Origin: Trichomonas gallinae
Lineage: Eukaryota
Direction of reading: 5' to 3'
Assembly (NCBI GenBank): GCA_008369845.1
Contig: MRSU01007220.1
Coordinates: forward strand, 1 to 60,492
Length of the DNA stretch: 60,492 nucleotides
The notes beneath the pieces are model-generated. The model searched no databases, was not told the DNA's origin, and saw only the letters and a program-made list of their open reading frames with translations. Positions 1-9,885 of the stretch are shown here, piece after piece. How positions within the stretch are numbered: the first letter of the stretch is position 1; each line of letters starts with the position of its first letter. The translations under genes and the position numbers were made by a program.

Positions 1-22
1 AAAATAAAATCCTTTCAAAATA

Positions 23-69
23 GCGTTTGCCTATTTTTCCCGCGTTTGCCTATTTATCCCGCGACTATA
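23..69. mobile_element. Probable terminus of a TA-targeting DNA transposon extending out of the window to the left
   Basis: Two tandem 19-bp GC-rich units GCGTTTGCCTATTT(T/A)TCCC (23-41, 42-60), then GCGACTA and TA, then an abrupt return to AT-rich DNA. This resembles a TIR with subterminal repeats. The other end is not visible. Confidence 0.5.
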
Positions 70-131
70 TATGAATATTTCGTACTAAAAAAAAATAAAA
101 ATGCATAAAAATTTTAATATAACAAGATAAA

Positions 132-3100
132 TTAGTCAAATATGGTGTCTGCATAAATTGCTGCCATGAAAATTTGGAAATTAAGGGAAGAAGAATAAGA
201 ACCTCCAGTGATTTCATCTGCATCACAGTAGTCTGATTTTATAACTTTGTTAGTGCAGAAAATCCCTGAAGGATAACTTGATGTAACTAATATAGTGCAT
301 GCGAAAGGGAATGCTTGTCTATATGAAGAAAAGTCATTTGTGCCACAGTAGTAAATGTTTCTGACTTTTGTGTTTAGGAAACATCCAGATCCAATGTAAG
401 AAACAGATGATGGGATTTTGAGAGTAATTTTTAAGTTAGTTCCAATGAAAGACATGTTTCCGAGATATTCAACCTCGCTCGGAATGTTAGATATTCGTCG
501 ACAGTTTTCAAACGCATTGTATCCTATTCTTTTGACAGTAGATGGAATGCACATGCTCAAACTCGAACAGTTCCTGAAAGCATAGTCGCCAATCGAATTA
601 ATGATGTTGACTGAACTGAAAACGAGAAAGTTTGTGCAGCAATCAAAAGTTCCTGATGGAATCGAGAATGAAATGTCATCATTTGCAGAATCCAATCGTC
701 TGACAAATGCAGCAGATTCAATGGCTACAAAGTTTATTGATGCTTCTTTCAAATTTGTACAATTTCTGAAAAGATTCTCTCCAATTTCCCGAGTTACATT
801 GACTTCTATTGTCTCGATGCTTTGGTTTGCAAAGCATGAGTCTTCTATAACCTCAATAGTTGATTCACTGCCTAATATGAATGAGTGCAAATCAATGTTT
901 TTGAATGCATCTGATTTGATTCTTTCAATGTGCATTCCTTCAGGGATGAAAATATTTTTGATTGATGGACCATTTCCAAACAAACTATTTTCTATTGTTG
1001 TCATGGAATTGGGAATTGAAAAGTCAGTTAGAACTGTGCAATTCATGAAACAGTTGCTGCCAATTGTGGAAATTGAAGAAGGAGAAGAGAAAATTATATT
1101 TGTTAATGATTTACAGCTTGAAAAAGCAAAAGCTCCAATGTTTTGGACAGAAATTGGAATGCAAATATTAGTCAATGATAAGCAGTTGGAAAATGCATAG
1201 CTGCCTATTGATTGTGTTTTTGAATTTGAAGAAAATAAAACTGATGATAAAGAAGAACAACCTTCGAATGAATGAGAACTTATATTTGAACAATTCACAG
1301 GTATATTTATTAATGATAATGAAGTGCATCCACTGAATGCATAGTCACCAATAAATGAAGCACTTGGAATATTTATAGATGATAATGAAGTGCAGTCTTT
1401 GAATGAATTGTTGGATATAATAATTTTCGAATCTATTGAGAATGTTTTTATTGGTTTTCCTTTGAATGCTGAATCTTGTATAACATCGACAACTGTTCCT
1501 GATCCAAATATTATTGTTTGTAAAGGGAATGCAGTAAAAGAATCTGTTGTTATATAAGATAAATGCATTTTTGATGGGACTTTGATTTCAGCAATGTTTG
1601 GCGCATTTCCAAACGAGAGAGATGATAGATTCGTGAATGAATCAGGAACTGTGAATGATTTCAATGAATTGCATCCAGCAAAAGCATTCTTTCCAAATGA
1701 AAGTAACTTACTGTTACTTGAAAATGAAATGTTCTTCAGCGAAATACAATTATAAAAAGAGTTTTCATTAATTATGTTGACAGAATTTGGAATGAAAATA
1801 TTATCTATATTGCTGCAATTAGAAAACAAATTTGATCCCAGTGATACAAGTTCCGATGAATGCAGCATCGAGAATACAGCCAAATTCGAACAGTTAGCGA
1901 AACATGAACTACCCAGTGACTTGACTTTGGATGATAAAATAAAATCTGTCAAAGAGCTGCATCCACTAAAAGCATTGTCACCAAAAAGTGATGCATTGGG
2001 TAGATTAACATAACTTAAACTATTACAATTTTTAAATGCATTAGAAGAAATAATAATAGAACAGTTGATTGAAAATGATTTGATTGATTTTCCTATAAAG
2101 GCAGAATCTTCAATGAGAGAAACAGTTGTATACGGTCCAAAAGTAATTGATTCAATGTTAATATTGTTGAATGCTGTGGATTTGATTGAGCTTAATATTA
2201 AATTGCTTGGAATAAAAATGTTTTTAATTGATGGAGAATTTCCAAACAAATCATTTGTTATTGAAGTAAATGAATCAGGAATTGTGTAGTTTATTAATGA
2301 TGTACATCCTGCAAACGCATTTGATCCAATTGATGAGATCTTGCACTTCGTTGCGAACGAAATATTTGTTAATTTTACGCAATTGTTGAATGAATATGAT
2401 CCTATATACTTCACATTTACTGGAATTTCAATCAAAGTTAGTTTCGAACAGCCAGAAAATGAGTAGTTTCCAATAGTGGTTAATAAAGAATTTACATTAA
2501 ACAAAATAGAAGACAAACTTGTGCAACTCTCGAATGCATGAATTCCTATTGATGAACAATTTACTGGAATGTTTATATTTAATAAAGAAATGCATCCACT
2601 GAATGCATAGTCACCAATTGATTTTGCGCCTGGAATGTTTATAGATGTTAATGATGTGCATCCTTTGAATGAGTTACTTGATATAACAATTTCGCAGTCA
2701 ATGAAAAATGATTTGATTGGCTTGTTGATAAAAGCAGAATCTTGTATTAAATCGACTTTTGTTCCACTTCCAAATGTTATCGTTTGCAGTGGAAAAGATG
2801 CAAATGCTTGGCTTCCAATGTAATTTAAGTTCAAGTTCGACGAAATGTAAACATTGACAATACTTGGGGCATTCCCGAAAACCATTGACGTAATGTTTGT
2901 AAAAACATCTGGCACATAATAATTGACAAGCGACGAGCATCCAATGAATGCATTTGATCCTATTGTTGATAAATGTGATCCAGACTCATAATTTATCGAC
3001 GAAAGAAGAACACAGTTTTCGAAACAATTTGCTCCAATTGTTGTGCAATTTGCTGGAATTGTTATCGTTTCTAGTTTAGAACAGCCACTGAATGTACTTG

Positions 3101-5438
3101 GTCCAAAAACAGTTAATGCGCAATACTTACCAAATGAAAAAGTTTTGAGTGAAACACAATCAGCGAAAATGGAGTCTGCATTGAGATTGCAAAGCGAATA
3201 ATCAGGAAATGTTATTGTTGCAAGGTTTGTGCAACCAGCAAAAGCATTTTTATCAACAGTTTGTAGTGATGTTGGAAGATCAACTCTCGTTAATCCTGTG
3301 CAAGAATAGAAAGTTCCTTCTTCTATATATTCGAGCGTGCATCCATCTTGGAATGTTAAATTAGACAATTTAGTGCACAAATAAAAAGCATTTGAGCCAA
3401 TGACAGTAATATAATTCATTATTGTTGCTTGTATTTTTCCTCCTGGACAGACAACAAGTCTTTCTCCGCTGTGCGTGTAAACTATTCCAAGAGAACTTTT
3501 GTAGTTTGTATTTGCAGATTCGACATTAATTGCTGTCAATGAGGAGCATCCAAGGAATACAGAAGAGTCAAATGTAGTTATTGAAGCAGGAATTGTGACT
3601 TCTGTCAATTTGATGCAATTTTTGAAGTCGCCAGTTCCAAATGATTTCAGTTGGATTCCACTGGCAAATGTCAATGAAGTTAATCCACTGTTTGACATCC
3701 AAATGTTTCCTTCCAATGTTGTAACAGAAGCCGGAAGCTTTATTGATGTAATTGGACAACTTGTAAATGCTTCATATTGGATTGTTGTCAATTTGCAATC
3801 ATCATAAAAAGTTACTTTGCTTAATTTTGAGGACGACAAGAATGCATAAGAAGCAATTGTTGTAACATTTCTAGGAATTATAATTGAAGTTAAATAATAA
3901 CATGATGCAAAGCAATAAGTGTCCATTAGTTTAAGATTGCAGTTTGCATCAATATTAACGTTAGTTAGAGAAGATCCCCAAAATGAAAATGTTGCCAATG
4001 TTGCAAGATTTTTGCCTAATGTTAAAGTTGTTATTTTTGTAGAATAAAATGCATAAGGACCAATATATGATGGTCCATCTCCATCAAAATTTAATGTATT
4101 TAGTGCGCTTTGATAGAATGCATAACTCGAAATTGTTGTTAAAGTCGATGGAAATGTTATATTCTTAAAACTTGTTGTTTGTGAAAAAGCATATGTTTCG
4201 ACTGTTGTCAAAACAGAAGGAATTGAAACAGAAACTAAATTCGTCATCAAATAGAAACAGAACGCTCCGATTGTTTTACATGTGGAAACTAATTTAGCAT
4301 CTGTGATTCCGCCAGCACATGCAATTGCTGTAGTTTTTGCGTAGTTGTAAAGAATTCCATCTTGAGCTGAATAAACTTTGTTTGATGAATTAACTGTTAC
4401 ATCAGTTAATGACGTACAGCTTTGCAGCAAAGTCGATGATATTGATGTAACAGTTGCTGGGAGATACATTGATGTTGCTGCTGGCGATGTGTATAATATA
4501 GTAGTTTGATTTTTGTTCATCAATGTTGCTGGTTCAACAACACTATAAACAGGATTATCATCGTCAATTCCTATCGATGTAATACTTGAGCAGCCAGTGA
4601 ATGCTTGTGGATCAATGCTAGTTAATGATGCTGGAATATAAATATTCGTTAATTTTGAATCTATATTGAATACATAGCTTTGCAATGTTGTCATTTTTGG
4701 TGGGAAAGTGAAATTAGCAATTCCAGAACGATAAAAAGCATATGAACTAATCGTTTGCAAATTGCTTCCTTCTTCAAAAATGACTGTTGACAAATAAGCT
4801 GTGTATTGGAAACAATATGTAGAAATTGTTCGCACGGATGATGGAATGAAAATTTTTCTTATAGAACAATAAGCAAAAGCACTTGAGGGAATGGTTGTTA
4901 TCGTCGAACCTGATTCAAAAATAACCGATTGAATTACACTGTCATATATCATTCCACCATTAAGAGTAGTAACTGTGTTAGGTATTGTTAAGGTTGTGAT
5001 TACTCTCTGTCCTTGGAAAGCTTGTGAAAGAATGGTTTTAACAGTGCTTGGAAATATATATGAGGTTTTTCTAGGAGGAAGTCTGATTAAGGTTTCCTTG
5101 CCTTTGTAATATAAGGCACCGTAATTATCGAGTTCCAGGTATGTATTCGAACTGTCTAAAAACCAATTTGTAAAAGCATAACAGTACCTTGTGCTCGTTG
5201 GGTCAACAGTTTGAACTGTGCTTGGTAATGATATATTTATTAAGAGCGGAAAGTTATAGAAGCATAAAGATCCGAGGCTTGTTATTCCTTCTTCGATTGT
5301 TATTGAAGTAATGACTGTGATATCGCAATTTGCAAGAACTTCGCTTTGTGAAATAGCTCCTGTCCCTGATATTGTCAATGCAGTGCCTTTGACACTGTAT
5401 GTGAGGCATAAGGCTGTCGCTAAAAGAGAGAATAGCAT
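132..5438 (-). CDS. BspA-like (TpLRR / LRR_5) surface protein, 1768 aa
   Basis: Hydrophobic N-terminus (MLFSLLATALCL), dozens of IGxxAFxxCxxLxxIxIP repeats, C-terminal YYCG..F...ILVT..YP...FC cap and a short hydrophobic tail. Confidence 0.95.
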   Translation of the reverse strand: MLFSLLATALCLTYSVKGTALTISGTGAISQSEVLANCDITVITSITIEEGITSLGSLCFYNFPLLINISLPSTVQTVDPTSTRYCYAFTNWFLDSSNTYLELDNYGALYYKGKETLIRLPPRKTSYIFPSTVKTILSQAFQGQRVITTLTIPNTVTTLNGGMIYDSVIQSVIFESGSTITTIPSSAFAYCSIRKIFIPSSVRTISTYCFQYTAYLSTVIFEEGSNLQTISSYAFYRSGIANFTFPPKMTTLQSYVFNIDSKLTNIYIPASLTSIDPQAFTGCSSITSIGIDDDNPVYSVVEPATLMNKNQTTILYTSPAATSMYLPATVTSISSTLLQSCTSLTDVTVNSSNKVYSAQDGILYNYAKTTAIACAGGITDAKLVSTCKTIGAFCFYLMTNLVSVSIPSVLTTVETYAFSQTTSFKNITFPSTLTTISSYAFYQSALNTLNFDGDGPSYIGPYAFYSTKITTLTLGKNLATLATFSFWGSSLTNVNIDANCNLKLMDTYCFASCYYLTSIIIPRNVTTIASYAFLSSSKLSKVTFYDDCKLTTIQYEAFTSCPITSIKLPASVTTLEGNIWMSNSGLTSLTFASGIQLKSFGTGDFKNCIKLTEVTIPASITTFDSSVFLGCSSLTAINVESANTNYKSSLGIVYTHSGERLVVCPGGKIQATIMNYITVIGSNAFYLCTKLSNLTFQDGCTLEYIEEGTFYSCTGLTRVDLPTSLQTVDKNAFAGCTNLATITFPDYSLCNLNADSIFADCVSLKTFSFGKYCALTVFGPSTFSGCSKLETITIPANCTTIGANCFENCVLLSSINYESGSHLSTIGSNAFIGCSSLVNYYVPDVFTNITSMVFGNAPSIVNVYISSNLNLNYIGSQAFASFPLQTITFGSGTKVDLIQDSAFINKPIKSFFIDCEIVISSNSFKGCTSLTSINIPGAKSIGDYAFSGCISLLNINIPVNCSSIGIHAFESCTSLSSILFNVNSLLTTIGNYSFSGCSKLTLIEIPVNVKYIGSYSFNNCVKLTNISFATKCKISSIGSNAFAGCTSLINYTIPDSFTSITNDLFGNSPSIKNIFIPSNLILSSIKSTAFNNINIESITFGPYTTVSLIEDSAFIGKSIKSFSINCSIIISSNAFKNCNSLSYVNLPNASLFGDNAFSGCSSLTDFILSSKVKSLGSSCFANCSNLAVFSMLHSSELVSLGSNLFSNCSNIDNIFIPNSVNIINENSFYNCISLKNISFSSNSKLLSFGKNAFAGCNSLKSFTVPDSFTNLSSLSFGNAPNIAEIKVPSKMHLSYITTDSFTAFPLQTIIFGSGTVVDVIQDSAFKGKPIKTFSIDSKIIISNNSFKDCTSLSSINIPSASFIGDYAFSGCTSLSLINIPVNCSNISSHSFEGCSSLSSVLFSSNSKTQSIGSYAFSNCLSLTNICIPISVQNIGAFAFSSCKSLTNIIFSSPSSISTIGSNCFMNCTVLTDFSIPNSMTTIENSLFGNGPSIKNIFIPEGMHIERIKSDAFKNIDLHSFILGSESTIEVIEDSCFANQSIETIEVNVTREIGENLFRNCTNLKEASINFVAIESAAFVRRLDSANDDISFSIPSGTFDCCTNFLVFSSVNIINSIGDYAFRNCSSLSMCIPSTVKRIGYNAFENCRRISNIPSEVEYLGNMSFIGTNLKITLKIPSSVSYIGSGCFLNTKVRNIYYCGTNDFSSYRQAFPFACTILVTSSYPSGIFCTNKVIKSDYCDADEITGGSYSSSLNFQIFMAAIYADTIFD

Positions 5439-5653
5439 GTGGATTTATTTATAGCAATTTTCATCAGAAAAATTTATAAATTGAATTGTATTGACGAATC
5501 AGCTTTCAATTTTTGAGGTTTCGTAGTCATGGAAGTAATGATGAAATACTGATATCTTCAGTGAATTGCTTGGATTTTATAGAGCTTCAGATAAAATCAT
5601 ATTTTTTTTACTCACCTTATCAAAATTTTCGAATTCAAAATGATTTTCTAATG

Positions 5654-5720
5654 TATTTCATCATTAAGTCCAGAAACTTCATATTTTGTTTACTATTTCA
5701 TCATTAAATTCAGAAACTTC
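5654..5720. repeat. Direct repeat, 27 bp x2, period 40 bp
   Basis: TATTTCATCATTAAGTCCAGAAACTTC (5654) versus TATTTCATCATTAAATTCAGAAACTTC (5694). Confidence 0.8.
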
Positions 5721-6423
5721 TTTGAGATTTCAGAAAACAAAACATTAACAAATGACATCATTATTAAAATGTTTGGATTTTTATCATGCTTCCACACCTG
5801 TAACACGTGGTAAAATTGAAGTTATAAACTATTCAATTTCGACGCATTTTGTCTCGGAAATATAAGATTCTTTTTACTAGCATCTATTATAAGTATTGTT
5901 CCTGTAGCTCTGTACTACTTGAAACCATAGTTTCAGTCATATATCATTCGAATATGAAATTTTTTTGGAAATCTTTCATTGAAAAGTGTCAAATGCCAAA
6001 CATTCCACTGCTTATTATATTGATAGACAGATTGAAATCCCAGGAGTTGCTGACGCTGTTAAGTTAATACAATCGATTGAAAATAATTTAAATTTTTTTT
6101 GTTCCCGATTTAGATGAATTCTTTTAAAATATATACATAATGCTGCTGTTATTAATAAATATTAGGATATTATATTCGAATTTATCAATTGATTTTTTCA
6201 ACTTCATTCATTTGCTAATTTTCATATGTTGAGAGTTATATTCAAAAACGATACAAAGCCCTATAACCGAGCATTTTTGCAAAGACATGGAATTATTCTA
6301 AGAAACAAAATATTGATCAGGTACATGTTAAGAAATTTCTAAGAATTGATTAGTATAGTATCGAATATTCTTTATATATAATAATTAGGAACAGAAAGGG
6401 AAAGTTGTAATTGAAAATAATGA

Positions 6424-6876
6424 TTAACCGCGACGGAGGATAATGAAAAATCCACGCTCAGTGTTAATGAATGTAGACATTTCACCAATCCTAAGATCCC
6501 ATGCAGATTTAATATAATCTCTTGGAAATCTAGGATCTGTAGCTTCAATCCATCCAACATTGCCATAATCATCAGTTTCAATATCTGGACATGGCTCAGA
6601 TTCTGTTCTAACCATGTCTTCGAATGATTTATTTTCATATACGATTTGATTGAAGATTAGTTTGATTTTTTCCTTCGATTCTTCCGTTTGATTATGTTGC
6701 ACAAATATTTGAGCAACATATATAAGAGGCGGCCAAGTTAAATTTCGTTCTGGCTTATATCCTGGATAAGGTATGGGTCGAATCCACGTAGTTTCGTTCG
6801 TTACCTTGTTGTAGTAATAACAGCGTCCAGGATGGTTGATCGACTCTTTAAGAATCCAGTCAGGTGGCAACTCCAT
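6424..6876 (-). CDS. Pin1-like protein (WW domain plus degenerate parvulin PPIase domain)
   Basis: WW motif LPPDW...GRCYYYNKVTNETTWIRP; parvulin-like SFEDMVRTES...GNVGW...AWDLRIGEMSTFINTERGFFIILR. Start placed at ATG 6876 (MELPPDW) after a TCATA Inr-like element. Confidence 0.85.
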   Translation of the reverse strand: MELPPDWILKESINHPGRCYYYNKVTNETTWIRPIPYPGYKPERNLTWPPLIYVAQIFVQHNQTEESKEKIKLIFNQIVYENKSFEDMVRTESEPCPDIETDDYGNVGWIEATDPRFPRDYIKSAWDLRIGEMSTFINTERGFFIILRRG

Positions 6877-6900
6877 AGTTTTTTTGTTATGACAAAATAA

Positions 6901-6911
6901 TTTACATGTCA
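6901..6911 (-). promoter_or_regulatory. TGACATGTAAA upstream element (representative copy)
   Basis: The exact 11-mer also occurs at 12064, 29542, 37271 and 60122, always 5' of an ORF. Function is inferred. Confidence 0.55.
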
Positions 6912-7613
6912 AAATGGCAAATTTATGTTTTCATCTCGAAATATATGAATAATGAACGACATTACTAATATTTTTGTTTTATCACAACATTATTTCATAT
7001 GTAGTATAATATTATCATAACCAATTTTTCTTTCATTTTATTGATTTTGTTTTTGAATGATGCACACAGATCATAGACAGAGTTTGGAGACTTTCATGAC
7101 TGTAATTACCAATTTATCACGTGCTTGCACTGATATTTTTCGACTTCAATTGTTTAAAATGTAATTTATTTGCTTTTGGAGTTTGTTCATTTGAATATTG
7201 TATTTATGTCAATAAAGAAGCCTATTTATATAACAAACAATGTTTATAAAAGATCATAACAAATAATTTTGAAAATTTCATGCTCATAATGATATTAATA
7301 TAGTGAATGAATCCTTTGACCTTGCAATGTAAAAATCTATTAATATACAACAATATTTAAAATATTTTCCAGAATTTTAAAATATTGATATAGAAAATCT
7401 GAGGAAGAAGTGTATATCATGATTAATACCATCAGCTGATTAACATAAAACATATATATAAAATTTAGAGTGAATTGCCGGCAATTAGTTCTTGAATTAA
7501 TTGAAAAAAGTATTTTGCATAATGAAATTCAAAATTACTATGATAGTAATGAAATGTGATATATAGTGAACATCAGCTTGCATCAAATTTAAAATTAAAA
7601 CGAATAATTATTT

Positions 7614-8075
7614 TCAATTGTTTGCTTTGTCGGAATTTTTGTTTTTCAATGAAGCTACAAACTGTGTAATATCATCTTTGAATGTATCAATGTTATCTTG
7701 TAACCAAAGCGCGAGTAATGTTTTATTTCTTTTTTGATCGCGTGAAGCAAATATACCATGTTTTGGTCCAATTGTTGTAGCAAATTCAAGAAGATCTGGC
7801 TGTTGAAAGTTATGATCATACTTGTCTGCTAATTGCTGCAAGAAAGTTCTGGCTTTTTCGCGATCGGACTTGGATCCTGAGTATTTAATTTGCTTTTTAT
7901 CTTCTGTTTGAGTGTTGGATTTAGCAGGAATTGGCTCAATCGTAGTTTCGAAAAATATATCTTGTAAATGTCGAAGCAGTGACTCTAAAGATTGCTCTAC
8001 TTTCTTTTTAGTATCAGGATTTTCGTTTGCTTTTGCCATAATTTGCTGTAATAAAAATTCAATTGTGTTGTCCAT
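7614..8075 (-). CDS. Hypothetical 153-aa protein with RDQKRNKTLLALWLQDN motif
   Basis: ATG ORF with TCATT Inr at 8091-8095 (minus). The basic RxxKRxKxxLxxWxxxN motif is recalled as a parabasalid protein-family signature (not verified). Confidence 0.75.
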   Translation of the reverse strand: MDNTIEFLLQQIMAKANENPDTKKKVEQSLESLLRHLQDIFFETTIEPIPAKSNTQTEDKKQIKYSGSKSDREKARTFLQQLADKYDHNFQQPDLLEFATTIGPKHGIFASRDQKRNKTLLALWLQDNIDTFKDDITQFVASLKNKNSDKANN

Positions 8076-8234
8076 CGAGCCACAATAAAAAATGATTAAA
8101 ATTCATTTGATTTTAAGGAGTTTTCAAGTAAATAAAACATATTTGCATATTAGTTTCTTTATATTTCGTTATTATTTTTAAATTTATAATAATTAATCAA
8201 TTTATTAACAATAGTTTATTCTATATCTTTATAC

Positions 8235-9572
8235 TTAAGCATTATTCTCATACTTTGACTTTGCATCTCTATAAGTTAGTTCAGGGATCAAATCCTTATT
8301 TTCACCTGTGAAAACGCTTTCAACTGGTGTTGGATTGATTCCATTCTTAAGGAGAACTGACAGTACATAATACTTCACTTCGAATTGAAGTTTTTCTTCA
8401 TTGTAATCTTTAAGTATTGTGAAAATGTTTTCACTGGACGTAGAATCATGCGGTGGTTGTACCATGGCTCCTAAAATCTTAATGAGATCGTCATCCATGT
8501 CTCTGAGCTTTTCTACCCATTTACTCAGGTTTTCAAATTTGTTCGTAATTATTGTCTTGGAGTTCGGCTGGACAGCTAATTTAAGCCATTTGTACAGGTA
8601 TTCTTTTACTTTTGTTTCAAATATATTTGCTTTTTCTTCTGTTTTTTGATCTTTGATCATTGGAGATACTACATCCTCTGGTCTGATTGCATAAACGTAA
8701 TTATTAATAATTTCTTCTGTTATTTCTCTTTCTGATAATTTTTCTTCTGATAAATCTTCTTTTGTCTGTTCTTTAGAAGGCTGTATTTTCTCAGAGGATT
8801 CCATTTTAATGCGCTCCAAGCGGTCCTCGTAGTATTGTGCGCGTCCGATATAAATATAAAATGGATTTAAGCAAGGCGAACCGTCAATTGATAGATCACG
8901 TCTAGTTAATTCTTTGGATGAGAAGATTTTGATGCCGTTTTTCATGTTTTCTTTGATTAATCCGATTAAATCTTTTTCTTTGTTTTCTTCTTGAAGAATA
9001 AATAAACCATATTTCTTCTTATCGTCTTTATCATTGTATTGGAGGAATGTTTTAGCGAAAAGGAGTAAGAATCTGTTGACAATTTCTTCTGTGAGATTAT
9101 TATTATAATTTCTGCTTAAATCTTCCATAAATTTCATTATATAATCTGGATTTATCTCGAGAATTATATTAAGTAAGTTCAAAAGTGTTACTGCACATGG
9201 TGAAATATAAAATCTGTATAAACTGATGGCAATGCCGTAATACATTTTGTCTTTTTCGTCAGCGTAATCAAATTTGAATAAATCTTTTGCTTTTGAGTTA
9301 TCATCTGCGATTTTTTCGTATAATTTATCAAACCAGATGTTTTCTTTATTCTTTTTGAGGAATTCATTCAACTCTTCGGGTATTTTTTCCGGATCTGCGC
9401 TTTTATCCCATGGATTTTCTGAAACAAACTTCAAAAAATTTCGATACGTTTCATTATCTATTTCCTTCAAATACGCAAACTTAGCTAAATATATTTTGCG
9501 GATTGGATTATCATTGTCTGAGCTTTGATCATTTTCGAATAAAACAAATCTATGAGCTCGTTGAGAAGACAT
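8235..9572 (-). CDS. Hypothetical charged alpha-helical protein (~445 aa)
   Basis: Long ORF in AT-rich DNA. Start placed at ATG 9572 (MSSQRAH). No domain recognised. Confidence 0.75.
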   Translation of the reverse strand: MSSQRAHRFVLFENDQSSDNDNPIRKIYLAKFAYLKEIDNETYRNFLKFVSENPWDKSADPEKIPEELNEFLKKNKENIWFDKLYEKIADDNSKAKDLFKFDYADEKDKMYYGIAISLYRFYISPCAVTLLNLLNIILEINPDYIMKFMEDLSRNYNNNLTEEIVNRFLLLFAKTFLQYNDKDDKKKYGLFILQEENKEKDLIGLIKENMKNGIKIFSSKELTRRDLSIDGSPCLNPFYIYIGRAQYYEDRLERIKMESSEKIQPSKEQTKEDLSEEKLSEREITEEIINNYVYAIRPEDVVSPMIKDQKTEEKANIFETKVKEYLYKWLKLAVQPNSKTIITNKFENLSKWVEKLRDMDDDLIKILGAMVQPPHDSTSSENIFTILKDYNEEKLQFEVKYYVLSVLLKNGINPTPVESVFTGENKDLIPELTYRDAKSKYENNA

Positions 9573-9885
9573 TAATATTATTTTTATATCACATGTCACT
9601 GACATTCAATATCAAAAAATTCTTTCATATATCATTAGTACATAGTATATGCTTTCTATTTATCATAAAATTATCCTTAAATATATATTTTTAGGTGAAT
9701 CTTTGGATGCTATTTAATACTAAAACAAAATAAATCTAATATTAGTTCCTTATCTTGCGATTAAACTAATCAAATAGCTTCTAATTGCATTATATTTTTT
9801 GAGATAAAATATATTTCAATATTTAAGTCTCATAATGTAGAATATGGTTTGAATTGAATATATTTATCTATCGCAAGATTTATTT

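Noticed and set aside
601..3807. Plus-strand and alternative-frame ORFs inside BspA (e.g. 601-1200)
   Set aside because: Antisense shadows of a repetitive, codon-biased gene; no recognisable domains.
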